Assembly (NCBI RefSeq): GCF_033153115.1
Contig: NW_026889772.1
Location: forward strand, 3,286,001-3,350,000
Length of the DNA stretch: 64,000 nucleotides
Direction of reading: 5' to 3'
From: Saccostrea echinata
Taxonomy: Eukaryota
Each line of letters starts with the position of its first letter. Position 1 is the stretch's first letter. Under the pieces are notes generated by a model. The model was not told the origin of the DNA, made no database searches, and worked only from the letters and a program-made list of their open reading frames with translations. The position numbers were made by a program, and so were the translations under genes. Below, piece after piece: positions 25,040 to 38,599 of this stretch.

Positions 25040-26458
25040 AACTCGATACTTATTTCATCTTATACTGTATTGAGGATCAGTGCAGACTCTAGTGTGCCAT
25101 TCCTTCTTTCGTATCACTTCTTTATTTTCGAATTCGCGGTCTTTATCTGGACCTTATTTTATTTTGTCCAGTAAACCACTTCAAAGCTAACCAATTTAAA
25201 AAAATGTAAGAATGAATGTATATATTTACGAACGGAATGGTGCACTAATGAAGGACGCCCACCTGCGTCGCTTTTTGGGCAAGAGTGCTAAATCATTTTC
25301 AGTACCTGTGATTATGACGTCATAATACATGGTTATAGACTGTGATATGTTTCTCACTTGGTGACTGAGTGATAGTTGAGTGTGTACATGGTTCTTGTCA
25401 ATATACATGTACCATACCATATATTATACGACTCATATTCTTTTTCTTTGTTTACATGTAGGTGTGAGTTTGAAACCATGTTTTGGAAACGTCGGCCAGA
25501 ATTTTTTATTTTACATAAGCAGTATTTTCACGAACGCCAACCATTTGTAAACAATCACAAAACTATACCAATGTTTGTAAATATCTTTACCAGTATTTTA
25601 TTATATAGCTGTACGATTGCTGACCATTGCTCAGAAGGGGACATCTGTGTACAGCTTACCGTGTTTGTTTTCTAACTAATCACAGTATATTTATTGTTAT
25701 TCATTCTCTTTCTACTTTTGTTGTGCAATCACAAGAAATGGAATAAACCTTTGAAATAATTTTGCCAGTTTGTTTAATCTACCTATAGACATGTACGGAA
25801 TAATGTTTGTAGGTTTCCTTGCACGGGTCCCAGTCCTGAAAGGGGGTCTAAGACAGACTTATGCAATTGCAGTCTTAGAATCACCAAATAGGAAATGATA
25901 ATGAAGAAATGTGTTTGTAAAAATTTCCTAATACTGTAACTGCTTTAGGCAAATATCACTATATTCTACAAATTGGAACATATTGTCCTTCTAGCTGGAC
26001 TCTTTTTTCTGGCAATGAACTTCGGGAAGACTTTTCACGGTCTGTAGAACTGCAACAAAAACATAGTCGTACACAGCACCTGGATATCCAGTAGATATTT
26101 CATCAAAAATATGTTTTAATAGAATATCCACATAAAGTCTTAAGACCATAAATTTACAGGAAACTTAAGTCAAATCTCAAATTAATTAGCATAACTTGAA
26201 TTAGTTTTGAAAATAAAACAAATTTTCACCATGTGTGTGTCATTTATTTGAATATGATACAAACTTGCAACTCTTTAGACATGTTTGTTCAATTATAAAA
26301 GCCAAAGTAATGGAAATTTCGCTGGCCATAATACAATTTCTCAATCTCCCTTGCAGAGTTGTCGTTCGTTCCTCTCTCCGGCACCTCTGCAAATGCAATG
26401 GGCTCTCGTCAAGTTTTTGACGTAAGGTAAAAAAACACGACATTCCAAGGATTATTTC

Positions 26459-27423
26459 TAGGGATGTCAATTTTGTCAATAATTCATATTCGAATATTCA
26501 ATGAAAGTATTCGAATATATTCGAATATTCGATAAGATAAATAAAATCTGGTTTATTTTTAATTGCACATCATCCTACTCTCATGGCAGGTATTGCATCG
26601 GTATTTCGAGGTAAAATATGATGTAGACTTCTGTAGATATACTGTAAGGAATTCTACATTTGATATTTATCAATGTTTAAAATAAATAATTGATTTGAAG
26701 TGTATACAACCAAAATATAATTTTAACAAATGATATAGATATCAAATTGCTCAAATTGACGTACCAGTCGTCTAACCAGGGACAAGATTGTCGTTTACTC
26801 CTCATAAATAGACATAATGAATTACAATAATCTGCTAAATAGGAGATATAATATAATCTTTGATACAATGTTTTGAAAATATAAACAAACACTTCCATAG
26901 ACAATTTTCCTAGGTCATTAATTTCCCGATAATGATTTTGAAATTTTTAAATTCATATTAAACACCAGATAATCAAGTAATTGATGCATTATTCTGAAAT
27001 TAACCCCTTTACAATATTATAAGCTGATTCTATCAAAGATGTAAATCAACGATCAATAAAATTTATTTTCATAAGTACACTCTTCACGTCTCTTAGACAT
27101 TCAAGAAGGGTTTCATTTCATTGTCCTCAATTCTAGATCCGATTATATTAAATTATTGAAAATACTTATTGTATAAAACATTAATAATTCTTGTTTATTT
27201 CTTTTATACCTTACTCAAATTGAAATAGTTTAGAAGATCTATGAGATAAAGAAGTAGGATCACTAGTAAATAAAACGGGGATAATTCTAGCACTGTTCTA
27301 ATTAAAATTTATTACTTTTTTGTGAAATCTGAAAAACACCGAATATTCGAATCTTAAATTCATATTCGAATATCAACTCATCGAATGAATATTCGAATGT
27401 TCGAATATTCGTTGACATCCCTA
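26459..27423. mobile_element. hAT-type non-autonomous element, 8-bp TSD ATTATTTC
   Basis: TIR TAGGGATGTCAA / TTGACATCCCTA. TSD at 26451-26458 and 27424-27431. Subterminal TATTCGAATA arrays at both ends. Confidence 0.9.
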
Positions 27424-27968
27424 ATTATTTCAAATTAAACTAATAGTTCTAGATCTACTTAGTAACTATATACATTAAAAGACAAACTTTAGTGCAGGAA
27501 TTTAATTATAGTGAATTAAAACAAACGCACTATTTCTTGTGCCTAACACCGAGATTTTCGCGAGCCAACGACAGAGGTGATTATATGATCCGATGGTAGA
27601 GAGTGACAATTTCTAACACTAACGCTCGATACTTTACATACAACAAAAAACACAAACCAACAACTGAGTACGTTTATTTTCAACGTGCATATATGTAGTA
27701 TAGATACTGCAATGATAAGCTGTATTTATTCTGTAGGGGTTTCCTTAAGTTTATCTTCAGTGATTGTGCAGTGATAACTCAAGTTCGAATTTCGTCATCC
27801 ATCATGCACGCTCGTGTTACAGATACAAACAAGAAATTGTAGGTGGGCTATATCACCTTGAGCTGAACTGAACATTTCTTTGATACAAAATGCTCGAAAC
27901 CACAGCAGGGGGTTTAAATATACCGTTTTAATAAGTAAATTAGCAATGATATTGTACTTGTGTCTTGA

Positions 27969-28255
27969 GTCGCCCGCGTGGCGCAGTGGTTAGAGCGTCT
28001 GCTCTAGAGTCGCGGAGTAAGTAGTTGAATTTCGAATCCCACTGTGGGATGTGGAGACCGGTCCTTCGGATGAGACCGTATAAACCGAGGTCCCGTGTCG
28101 CAGTAGGTGCTGGGCTGCTGGCACGAAAAATATCCTCGCTGTCCTGAGTGCCGAGAATAGATCAAAATTTGCATCCCTCCACCGGCAAGTGTTGGCATCT
28201 CATGAGTGAAAAATTCTCGAGAGGGACGTTAAACAACACATAAACAAGCAAACAA
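27969..28255 (+). mobile_element. tRNA-derived SINE, same family, 13-bp TSD ACTTGTGTCTTGA
   Basis: Same head and tail as the 19011 copy. TSD at 27956-27968 and 28256-28268. Confidence 0.92.
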
Positions 28256-28269
28256 ACTTGTGTCTTGAA

Positions 28270-28815
28270 TAGAAGACTTTAAAAGATTTTTCTCTACAAT
28301 TTGAAATGTTAAACTTTGATTCCCTAATGTGGCCAAACCCTACCCATGACAAGAAGGCCATGCTTTGAATAAATCTGAAACTGAACTTCTTGGGGATGCC
28401 TGCATATTTACATGTATATCACTGATCATGGCCATGCTGTTCCTCAGAATTAAATTTTGATTCCATATAAATATGGCCTCAGCCTACACCGGGGGACAGT
28501 GATTTGATGTCAAAAAGCTTTGACGTTTTGAATCTTTTCTAGCCCAGTGGTTCGATCTTGAGAAGATTTTTAAATATTGTCTTCTTATATATAATTATCT
28601 CTCTTGGAAGGAGACATGGCCCTTTATTTAAAGAGTTTAATCTTCTTTTCCAAAAGGATATTCTCTGCCAAGTTTGGTTGAAATTGGCCCATTGGTTCTT
28701 CAGAAGGTGATGAAAATGTGAAATGTTTACGCCAATGACGATAATACCACCGACAGACAACGGATAAATATTTTGATCACAAAGCTCCTTTGAACCTTTG
28801 GCTCAGGCGAGCAAA
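28270..28815. mobile_element. Helentron/HINE-like element with satellite-related repeats
   Basis: Collinear similarity to 51600-52590 (TGGCC..ACCCTACCC, AAGTTTGGTTGAAATTGGCCC, GAAAATGTGAAA.GTTTAC, GACAGACA). Terminal hairpin AGCTC..TTGAACCTTTGGCTCAGGCGAGC. Confidence 0.65.
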
Positions 28816-28862
28816 TAATATCACAATAAGAAGTAGCTATCCTCTTCTTTTAGCATTGGCCT

Positions 28863-30059
28863 CTATGTCAAATATTTAATTATCTTGATTTTACCAGTAC
28901 TGAATTCGCACACGTACAAATTGCCGTTTAAGGAATTCACTGCGATATCTCTTGGATCCATGAGGGAGATGTTATCAATATATGTGACAAAATGTCCATC
29001 TATGTCAACAATATGAATGCAGTGAATCTCTGAGTCTGCTATCAAAATTTGACAAAGTTGGTCTGTTGCTACACCCTGTGGTGAAAACTCCCCATCTTTC
29101 CGGGTGTCGTGGGTTCCACGGTAACTAAATCGGAACTCCCCGGCACGGTTCACCACCACCAACGACCTGTGTGCCGTCAGTGATACACAAATATCCCCAT
29201 TTCCATTTTCCGTCATGAAGATATACCCGCCCTGGAAAGAAAACAAGTCTTCTCCTTGTTCATCATACTGAATCTCTTTTTTTATAGACCTGACATCGTA
29301 CTGGATCACTTTGCATTGGTTAAGATGACTGTTAGTCATGCATACCAATAAATCTCCCGAATCCTTCCCACAAATGGCACGTGGTATCCATTCCTGCAAT
29401 CTGATGACAATGTCTAATGTTTTATCATCCATATTGTACTTGCTAACTGTTTTGTCTTTCCAATCACACACATAGAGATCTTTTTCGCCATTTGCAGCTA
29501 TATCGGATGGATATTCACCGGAAGTGACGTTTACACTGTCTTTCACAGCACCAGAAAAGACCATGCACGAAATGGTGCTTTCATACAGGACAGAAATCCA
29601 TATTTTATCTGGCTGACAAATTTCAATGCGGTCTAAATCCGAGTTATTTGTATCTACCTCTAACAGAAGAACAGGGTCACCATTCTCAGTTACTGTACTA
29701 CTCGTATCTTCAATCTCAACAACATCGCTATCTTTCACATCTTCACTGTGGTCAGACAGTTCAATAAAATCATGATTCTTGTGACGCCCAGAAATTATGC
29801 ATTTATTACAAACTGGAGTCTCACATTGTACACATTGAATAGCACATGTGTTACCCTCGTGTGTCTTACACGTTGTAAAGGGCCGCTGAGAATCTTGGCA
29901 TCCAGACTGTACCAGAGACGTATGGCCCTGGTGTACATGGATTGACATGCACGGTTTGCAAAGTTTGACATGACATGTGTTACAGTGTGTCGCAGCAGCT
30001 TCTTTGGAACCAGCGCATGCATCACATCGGACGAGGTCCTGCGCTAGTGAGCTCGCCAT
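28863..30059 (-). CDS. TRIM-like protein with B-box1, B-box2 and an NHL/beta-propeller domain (TRIM2/3/71-like, bivalve-expanded type), 398 aa, single coding exon
   Basis: B-boxes CDAC..HCNTCHVKLCKPC..H and CKTH..CVQCETPVCNKC..H..H. NHL repeats (PSDIA, PRAIC, PQGVATD..ILIAD, PRDIAV..LYVCE). Acceptor tttcAG lies 3 nt upstream of the ATG, so a 5' UTR exon lies further upstream. Confidence 0.9.
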   Translation of the reverse strand: MASSLAQDLVRCDACAGSKEAAATHCNTCHVKLCKPCMSIHVHQGHTSLVQSGCQDSQRPFTTCKTHEGNTCAIQCVQCETPVCNKCIISGRHKNHDFIELSDHSEDVKDSDVVEIEDTSSTVTENGDPVLLLEVDTNNSDLDRIEICQPDKIWISVLYESTISCMVFSGAVKDSVNVTSGEYPSDIAANGEKDLYVCDWKDKTVSKYNMDDKTLDIVIRLQEWIPRAICGKDSGDLLVCMTNSHLNQCKVIQYDVRSIKKEIQYDEQGEDLFSFQGGYIFMTENGNGDICVSLTAHRSLVVVNRAGEFRFSYRGTHDTRKDGEFSPQGVATDQLCQILIADSEIHCIHIVDIDGHFVTYIDNISLMDPRDIAVNSLNGNLYVCEFSTGKIKIIKYLT

Positions 30060-30104
30060 AGCCTGAAATTAAGATCTTTATGCTTAATGCTTAATGAAAT
30101 ATTA

Positions 30105-30251
30105 AGATGACGAACAGTATTCAATCTCGAAAATCCAATAAAACGATACAAATTCGGAGCAGAGCAAACACGGACATCAAAATTTAGAGTTGGGGTCAGG
30201 TGGAGGAGTGAGCATCCCCTACCGACCGGTCACACCCTCCGTGTGCTCCTT
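30105..30251 (-). mobile_element. Short tail fragment of the same Penelope-like family
   Basis: GGAGCAGAGCAAACACGGAC...GGAGGAGTGAGCATCCCCT.CCGACCGGTCACACCC.CCGTGTGCTCCTT matches 4719-4821. Confidence 0.75.
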
Positions 30252-31336
30252 AATAAATAGAATAGATGGACTTTTTCCCATGTCCAAATCTTAGATATGC
30301 TTAATTCATTTACAGATATAGATGCAAATAGTAATTGAATAAAAAATACATGCAGTTCTCAATATTTATAGTTGGTAATAATCGTTTACTAATAAGTTTA
30401 ATTGAATTAAGCCTATCTTTATGAAAGTCACAACACATGCAACAACTAGTATAATATACAAATGTAACAAGTTTCCCTATAGTGGCGGAACTAGGATACC
30501 TTAAAATGGATGGTTGGCATAAGACGGCAGCCTGAGGCACACTTTACGTATAATAACAGCAATATCCAACGATTTTAAAAAATATTCAGCTTTACTAAAT
30601 TTTGGGACACGAAAGGAAAGGGGGCTGTGTCTCACTCTAAACCCGCTTATGCCCTACAAAACAATCAAGTAATCTTGCCACGAAACGTTATTTGTCATAT
30701 AGTATGCCAAACAGAGAAAAAGAGACAAGAGGAAAATAATTCAAAGAACTATTTTTTTAACATCCTTTTTCAACACTACAATCAGCATTTCTAATCAACC
30801 CTATATCTATTTAATCTTCGCCTGTCAATATCAGACTTGTGGAAAATCCACATCTGCATATTAACATCTGTATTGCTCTTCAACTGAAATTTATTTGATA
30901 TTCCGTTTATCTGTCCGCTAAGATGTCATAATAACTTGACACCAATCGTGTGTCTTTTGAATTAAGGGTCATCTATACACTAATGAAAAATATTTTTTGA
31001 GAAATTATATTGACTAATGGTGAAAATATTAAGTTGATCCTTTTTATTTTAATACACGATGCTTTTCATTCAATCCCAAGAAAAATATTCATGCAGACAT
31101 CAAGGTATTGATGAACGGAAATCACTGTTGGTTACTTAATAGTTAAATGGGAAAACCACAATTAATTAAGTAAATATAGTACTAGATAACTTCATCTAGG
31201 TCTAGTATATTGTTAAGAAAACTGGAATTGATTTAATTACGAACTGTGTATTACTCAAATCAAAGGGCAAATCACTGCATAAAAGCACCTTGAAATTGAA
31301 ACTTGTCAGTGTGCAATGTATTTAAAGGGTATTTAA

Positions 31337-31667
31337 GGTCAGACGACACGTTCCTCAATAATATATAATTTTCCCAAGAATTTGTCATATTGAAGTACTG
31401 TTCCTTTAACGAGTTTCCTCACCAAAAATTGAGGTACCTTACCAGGCATTTGTGCAAGATACCTGAGGGTAGTGTTTCCTATATAATCCTACATATAATC
31501 CTACTTGAAATCATTTAAATTGTCAAAATCACAATTTTTGTTGTATTTATTTTCAAAGACTTTTTGAAAACAGTTTAAAAATCACAAGATAATGTTGATA
31601 TTATAAACATTTTTTATATATTACATGGATAAACAAAACGGATATTTGAGGAACATGTCGCCAGACC
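31337..31667. mobile_element. TTAA-TSD MITE (Kolobok-like)
   Basis: TTAA-GGTCAGACGACACGTTCCTCAA ... TTGAGGAACATGTCGCCAGACC-TTAA. Confidence 0.85.
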
Positions 31668-32452
31668 TTAAGAATGCCTTTGTTCGCCACTTAGTGACAC
31701 AGTATCTGGCGTGCATATATAGGTTGATTATAAACATATTTAAAACTAGAGCAGAGCCCGTTGCAAAGCAACGAGTAGGTCTTCCGTTGGAGCTGCGAAC
31801 AGGAAGAAGTGACCTTGAGTCAAGGTCATGCCACATTCTAAGGTTATAAGCAATCTTGTAAGGGGTATCAACTTGCAATGTCTCACCAGTAGAAAGACAG
31901 TTAAGGAATGTTGTTTCTCCGTTGATGACCTTGAACTCGTTCAAATGACCTTGCATCAAACCATGACACACTCTGGTTATAAGCAAACCCCATCTATGTG
32001 TTACCGACTCGACAAGTTAACACATGTTCTTACAGACCATTCATCCAGTCAAAACATTCTTTCCTTAGTGACCCTAAATTTAATCAACATGGCCGTAGGA
32101 ACCGAGGGGGGGGGGGGGGGGCGTGCCCCCCAATAATTTTGCCGATATATAGATTACTATAGTAGACATAGATACTATAGCTTGTGCCACCTCAAAAGAA
32201 ACGTCTGATAACCTTCTTTTTTTTTTGCTTGTCAAGGAATTTTTGGTAGTTGGTGACCTTTTTTTTTGCTTGTCAGGAAATTTATGGTAGTAGTGTCCCC
32301 TCAACTGTCAACTGAAAATGTATGGCTGTGCCCCCCCCCAAAAAAAAACCCCTGAATTTGCTTCCTATGGGCCTGATCAAGGCAATGATACACTGTATGA
32401 TATCAGCGATACCCTTTTGTGTGTTTCGCAATTGACAAGTTCACAGTTTGCA

Positions 32453-33307
32453 TTTATTGCATGATAGTGAGGGAGACATGAAGATTTCTTCGCCCATAAA
32501 AAATCATATTCCCCGAGGGCAACATGAAGATTTCTTCGCCCATGAAAAATCATACTCCCCGAAGGCAACGCCCTAGAGAAATATGATTTTTCATTTGCGA
32601 AGAAATCTTTATGTCTCCCTCACTATTATGCAATAAATTGTTTATAATACCGAATTAACCAAAATGCAGGAATTACAAAGGAGATCCAATGAATAAAGCA
32701 AACATGCATTTGATGAGAACGATATGAAAGAGATGTAAGTTACAGGTACACCAATAGCCTCGTTTCATTAAAAAAAAATTCCTACGGGACAAGTTTGTGT
32801 GATCACACCAGTAACATTCAAACACCATTACATTTTTACACATTTAAATCGACACAATCAATCAACGATAATATGCTGACGGTGCGACCGTTGGGCGAGT
32901 GCATTGTTCACTTAATTTTAAGATCCGCCTCTTCAAACAGCACGAGACATTTGGAACGTCTAGACTGTGACGTCTCATGACGTATGTTAGCTGTATTTCC
33001 ATAAACGAATTTTGAAAAGTGCAAACATTTTAACAAAGCACGTTTAATCTACTATCTGTATGCAATTCCATTAATTAAGGTGATTTTTTGGGGTGAATTT
33101 TTAGTTGTTGTTACCGCGCGAACGAAGTTAGCAGCGTCGCTATAAACAATCTAACTCCTCACTCGTTTAATTGTGACGTCACAATCGTGAAACACGACGT
33201 TTTGTTGCAGGGCAAACATGATGGACACGTGACTTTCTCGGCCAATCAAATTTTATTTTACTAGTGATTTTTCACTTGTAAGCTAGTTTTCACAGAGGTA
33301 TAATAAA
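32453..33307. mobile_element. Non-autonomous element beginning with a ~185-bp hairpin
   Basis: TTTATTGCATGATAGTGAGGGAGACATGAAGATTTCTTCGC ... GCGAAGAAATCTTTATGTCTCCCTCACTATTATGCAATAAA (32453-32637). Ends CCAATCA...GTATAATAA like the 47179 element. Confidence 0.6.
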
Positions 33308-33429
33308 CGTTTTTTTAGACCATACATCGAAATAAATTATCATAATTTCTATAGTCGTAATTTATTAGGTTCAACTCACTGCTTTAAAGGATCATTGTAA
33401 ATGTTTTATGCCCAATTTGGATACTGAAG

Positions 33430-34350
33430 AACGTGTGATTTTTGAAACACTGATGCCCCCTTATGGCATCTTATGGCAAAAGTTAAAAGTTTCTCAAATG
33501 CAAGTCAAACTCCATGGTCAAGATCAAAAGATAAAAAAAAATGTTATTACCCAAATAAAGGTCTTGAACAAAGAATATACTGTGAAATATATACTAGTAT
33601 GAAAGCCACAGCAGCAACAGTTTAAAAGTTATGGCCAAGGTTAATTTCTTTAAAAGGTCAAACTCCAAGGTCAAGGGATCATAATTGTTTGTACTTGAGG
33701 GAAGGTCTTAATTGTTACAAGGAATACACATGTGGTATTAAAAAAGCCTTAGCACCAACTGTTCAAAAGTTAAAACCAAGGTTAAAGTTTTTCAAAAGTA
33801 GGACATAATCAAAGGTCAAGGTAAAATGGTCAAAATTAAAGGTATACAATGACAGGCCTTGTCACAAGAAAATTACCTATGTAATATAAAAGCCCTAGTA
33901 CTAGTCATTCAAAAGTTATTGTCAAGGCAAAAGTTGTTTAAAAGTTGGTCAAACTCCAAGGTCAAGGTCAAATGGTCAAACATATTTATACCCAAGGAGG
34001 AGACTTATCACAAGGGATACAGATGTGAAGTATAAAAGCCATAGCACCAACTGTTCAAAAGTTTTGGCCAAGGTTATAGTTTGGTAAAATTTTGCGAAAG
34101 AGGATCAAACTCCAAGTTCAAGGTCAAGAGCTCAAATATGTTGGTACCTGAAGGAAGTCCTTGTTACTAGGAATACACATGAGAAATATGAAAGCAGTAG
34201 TTCCAACCAATCAAATTTTATGGGCATAGTTAAAGTTTTTGCGGACAAAGAGGCTAACACAGTCTAACAGACAAATAGACAGGTGGACAGGACAAAAACT
34301 GTATGCCCCCCCCCCCCCCCGATCTTCGATTACAGTAGCATAATAAAATA
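33430..34350. mobile_element. Helentron/HINE-like element with about 5 tandem ~150-165-bp satellite units and a (GACA)n end
   Basis: Repeated CAAACTCCAAGGTCAAGGTCA...CTTGTCACAAGGAATACACATGTGAAATATAAAAGCC..GCACC..TTCAAAAGTTATGGCCAAGGTTAAAGTT. The unit array, microsatellite and short terminal stem match described oyster HINEs. Confidence 0.7.
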
Positions 34351-34502
34351 TCGGCGTCTTTGGGTTTTCGCATTGGCCTTAAATCTGAAAATCCAAAGGA
34401 TTACAAGGTGCATTACGATACGCTTTCACATCATGTTCTATAACCCAGAGCATATTGTCTGCAAAGATAAATATTTAATTCAGTATTTAATTAGCTATGC
34501 AT

Positions 34503-34765
34503 AATTATCTATGTTGTTTTAAAAAGGAAATATAAAAAAAATATTTGTTTTATATTTTTCGATGTAGAGATATACAGAAAATGTTTTCCAATTTTAAGTC
34601 CTATGATAATCGCAATACACATTTAAAAAAAAAAATTATCTATGTTGTTTTAAAAAGGAAATATAAAAAAAATATTTGTTTTATATTTTTCGATGTAGAG
34701 ATATACAGAAAATGTTTTCCAATTTTAAGTCCTATGATAATCGCAATACACATTTTAAAAAAAAA
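34503..34765. repeat. Near-perfect ~131-bp direct tandem duplication
   Basis: AATTATCTATGTTGTTTTAAAAAGG...CGCAATACACATTT occurs twice (34503 and 34634). Confidence 0.9.
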
Positions 34766-37700
34766 GTGTGTGTTGGAGGGGGGGGGGTCATTACATTTTT
34801 GCTGGGATTCGCCTATGTATGACCCTAGAGAAACAAAGAGTGGGGAGGGTGCAAGCAGCAACTAAATCAAAATTTACATATTAAAACTACAACAAAAGAC
34901 TATTTTCAGAAGGTCTGCCCCCCCCCCCCCTTACAATCCGTACAACGGACCTGTGAGAAAAATACTGATCCTACATTCAGAGTCCCAGGGCACCAGGAAA
35001 GAGTGGCAAAAAGAGAATATCGGTTTATTTCAGTCTATAAGTCGAATCAAAATATCTTTTCCTCAAGAGTCTTCTTTCTTTGAGTTCTTCCCAGTGATCG
35101 TGTGATTTATTTCATTTAATTTACGTTCTGTACTGGACTTGGAAAATGAGGACATCTTTAGGTTCCTGAGCTGGCCTTGAAGCCCGCAGAACAGATTTTC
35201 TGCTTTATGATAAATTCAAGTGATATGTAATATGGTATTAATTTTGTGTTGATTTTATTAATGTTAATTTCATCAAGAAATATGAAAAATTAATGTTTTA
35301 ACTATACATAGTGAGGCATTATTTGTGTGGAACGATTATTTTGGGGTTTTCAGTGCAATAAATATAATTTGTGGAAAAAATGTCCAACAAGCCCCGGGGT
35401 TGAATATCCGGGGGGGGGGGGTCTGTCCACAAGTACCTGTTGTCAAGCCCGTAGAAAACAATTTCAGTTTTTTTTGGGAAGGGGGGGGGGCAAATAGAAA
35501 TTTCCACAGGTACTTGTACTCGATTTTTTCCTATGGTACACATGATGAATAAGTGTAATAAATATAATTTGTGGAAAAAAATGTCCAACAAACATTGGGG
35601 TTGAATTTGGGGGGGGGGGGATCCTGTCCACAAGTACCTGTGGAAATTTCTTGATACATAAACAGAATTTAAAAGCATGTATTAGACATCTTTTGAAGGG
35701 GAGAGGGCACGGCCGTAATTAAAAGTTATATAGAGACTAGGAAGGAATGAACTGTCATTAAATTTTGGTTAAGAACTATTACCTAAACTCTTCACTTTCA
35801 CATTTTCAATTACAGATTCTTGTTTTTAAAAAGCTATACATGTACATTTATATGCATCTACGAGATGCATAAATTATGTTATTAATCATTTTATCTTAAA
35901 GGAAAAGTAAAAATCTCAATCAAACTTGTTCCGCATATTATGCTCTCTGATTCATTACTCAACAGATGCTTCATATACATGTAAGAAGGGAAGACCGCAG
36001 ACTGCAGGTGTGATAAATTCACAGCATGCAGCTCCAGCCTTAATTCCAACTTTGTTCAAAAATATTATTATTCAACGCGAAAAATTAGAATTAGCCGATA
36101 GAATATTTTGAATCACTTCGGAAATGCTGCCGTAACACCAGACTGAGTTCACAATATCGAGTGATTTTGATTGACAGGTGTAGCGCCGTTGTGCATGGAT
36201 TTCGTGTAACTATACATGTACTGCAGATTGTGGTTGAAAATAATAAACAAACAGATCTAAAGAAAAGATATTGTATACTGTACATATATTTGTTAAGAAC
36301 CAGTTCATTCATGAAACGAATTTAGTCGTATTATGTGGGCCCATGTTAGATTTGACAGGTTGATTAACTAGTAGAAATTCAATGGACCACAGTCATTTAG
36401 GGTATTCCGAATCACCCCGCACATCGCGACTCTCGGTAATTTACCTTACCGCTGTACCTCGCACGACACATGCACAGGTGTGACAACCAAACAGTCATTA
36501 TTAGTAAGGTCTATACTTATTGCATACAACAAATAAAGAGGTAAACATAATGCATTAACTAAAAGAATTAATTATTTTAATTCATTAACTTTCAATCCTT
36601 TTCAAAGAAAATGCCCGTGTAGAAACGTATTTCTCATCGATGTCGTGGCGTTGTTGGTGGATGAAACATGGCATAAAAGGTATCGATAGAACGGCAATTT
36701 TATAAGCTTTTGTGAGTATTATTTGTTTTTTATAACACCTCAAAAATATACTAGTTATGGCCGCATTTGTAGCCCCCTACAGTTTCGAACCACGTGTGTA
36801 CATGCCCCTGGCCAAATAAATTGCACACGCTACATGTATACTTGTTATATGTCAGATTATTATTTTTTTTTTATAACATTGTTTTTCTTAAATGCAAGGG
36901 GTATGAAAGTAATGATTTGACAAAGCAAGAGCTATAATAAGACTATCCCGGGTCCCGGTATACACTTGATCAGTGTTGATCAATGTTCATATGTACGAGT
37001 ACACGTATGCAAATAATTCGATAGCTTTTGAAGATTTCAACATACATTTTTGTAACATGCATATTTTTAATAACCACTTTATATACAAAACAAAATTTCA
37101 TTCTCTTATCTGGTAATATGGACGTCGTAATAGATCTGACTGAATGCTTGACATGCCTGTTTCAAAAACGTTTCCTAAGTTATCTTAAGATATGCCTAAG
37201 TTATAACTTTAGAAGTTCCTAAGATTTATCACAGCTGTATCGCGAAACAATCTTATCTAAAAAAAAATTATAAGTCATTTCTTAAGTTGTGCCTTTAAGG
37301 ACTAATAAAATAACATTCCCGCTCTATATACAACTCTCAGTATGGTATATATTTTTAGATTCAAAAAGGAAGGGTGCGAGGATTGGGGATTGCCCCCACT
37401 TTTAAAGGATTTGGACACAAGTATGCTTAACTTTTATGAAGTGTGTTGCTAGATCTAAGCATTCACAGACACACACTTTCAAGCCATCTTCCCTTCCGAG
37501 CACACGATATTTGTATTTTAATTTTTAAACATTGTTCTAGGTGTTATACATTTACTTTATTTTGTTCTTATAAGGTATCTACATGTAAATAAAATTTTAA
37601 AATGAATGCTTCGTAGCGAACACATGCGAGTTTATATTTTTCAAACAATCTTTGCCAATTACTACACTGCATGTACACGTTAGTTGTTTGTGCGGTGTAG

Positions 37701-38599
37701 AGCAACAATGTATTTCAACATCGAGATGCCTGCGGCTCTCTGTGGCCACGTGTATGTAAACGAGGACTGGACTACAACACTTAAAGACACAAAGCGGCAG
37801 AGATGGATGAAACTGTTTGCTATATTACAAAGACTTGAATTATAGTACATGTATATTTGAAGGAATTTTTATTTATATTAATGTTTATTTAATTCTATAA
37901 ATAATAAATGGACATTCACAAGAGTGATGGTAAAAATAATATGTGCGTAGCATGCGTAGTAATTACAATTATTTACCGAAGCCCCCATTCAATTACAATT
38001 ACAGATGAATTAAAATACAACAACACGGGATAGAGCAATACTTTTTTTTAATTGTATTATTGCGTGAACAGACAAAAACAGCGATTAAAATTCAAAATGA
38101 TTTTTATGCACCAGTGTTTGGAATTAAGATTATAAAAGATTGGTAAAGTAATCTTACTGATTCGATATAATTAAAAACATAACTTTCCATTAATTAATAG
38201 CTCTTTGTACAAAATTGACATTATACGCGATCACAAATACTAGCTTTGTTTATGGCCACAGGTGGCTAGTACACTGGTGACCTCGATCAACAGCGTGGGA
38301 TTCGCGCGTTGGGTTACATAACTAAACATCGAGCTGAACATGGAGACCGTAATATGCATACAGCTAATGATCGTGAATTATTCAATGCATACAGTTTAAA
38401 ATCACTTACAAAGTTTGTTGTAATAATAAACGTAGAAAGATAGATTTAATATTCTCCGCTTTTGAACACTATTAATCTAATTTAAAAAAAAGAAGAAAAG
38501 AAAGACTAGTTGTAATAAATAATTTAATAGTAAACCATAAACCACGTTTTAAACCTTATTAAAAAGAAAATTAACATTAAATACCGCAGGGTATATTAT

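Noticed and set aside
36420-36500. Possible 5' UTR exon of the TRIM-like gene (minus-strand donor GCG|GTAAGG near 36450)
   Set aside because: Only a donor-like motif in a CpG-containing patch; it cannot be linked to the acceptor at 30063 without transcripts.
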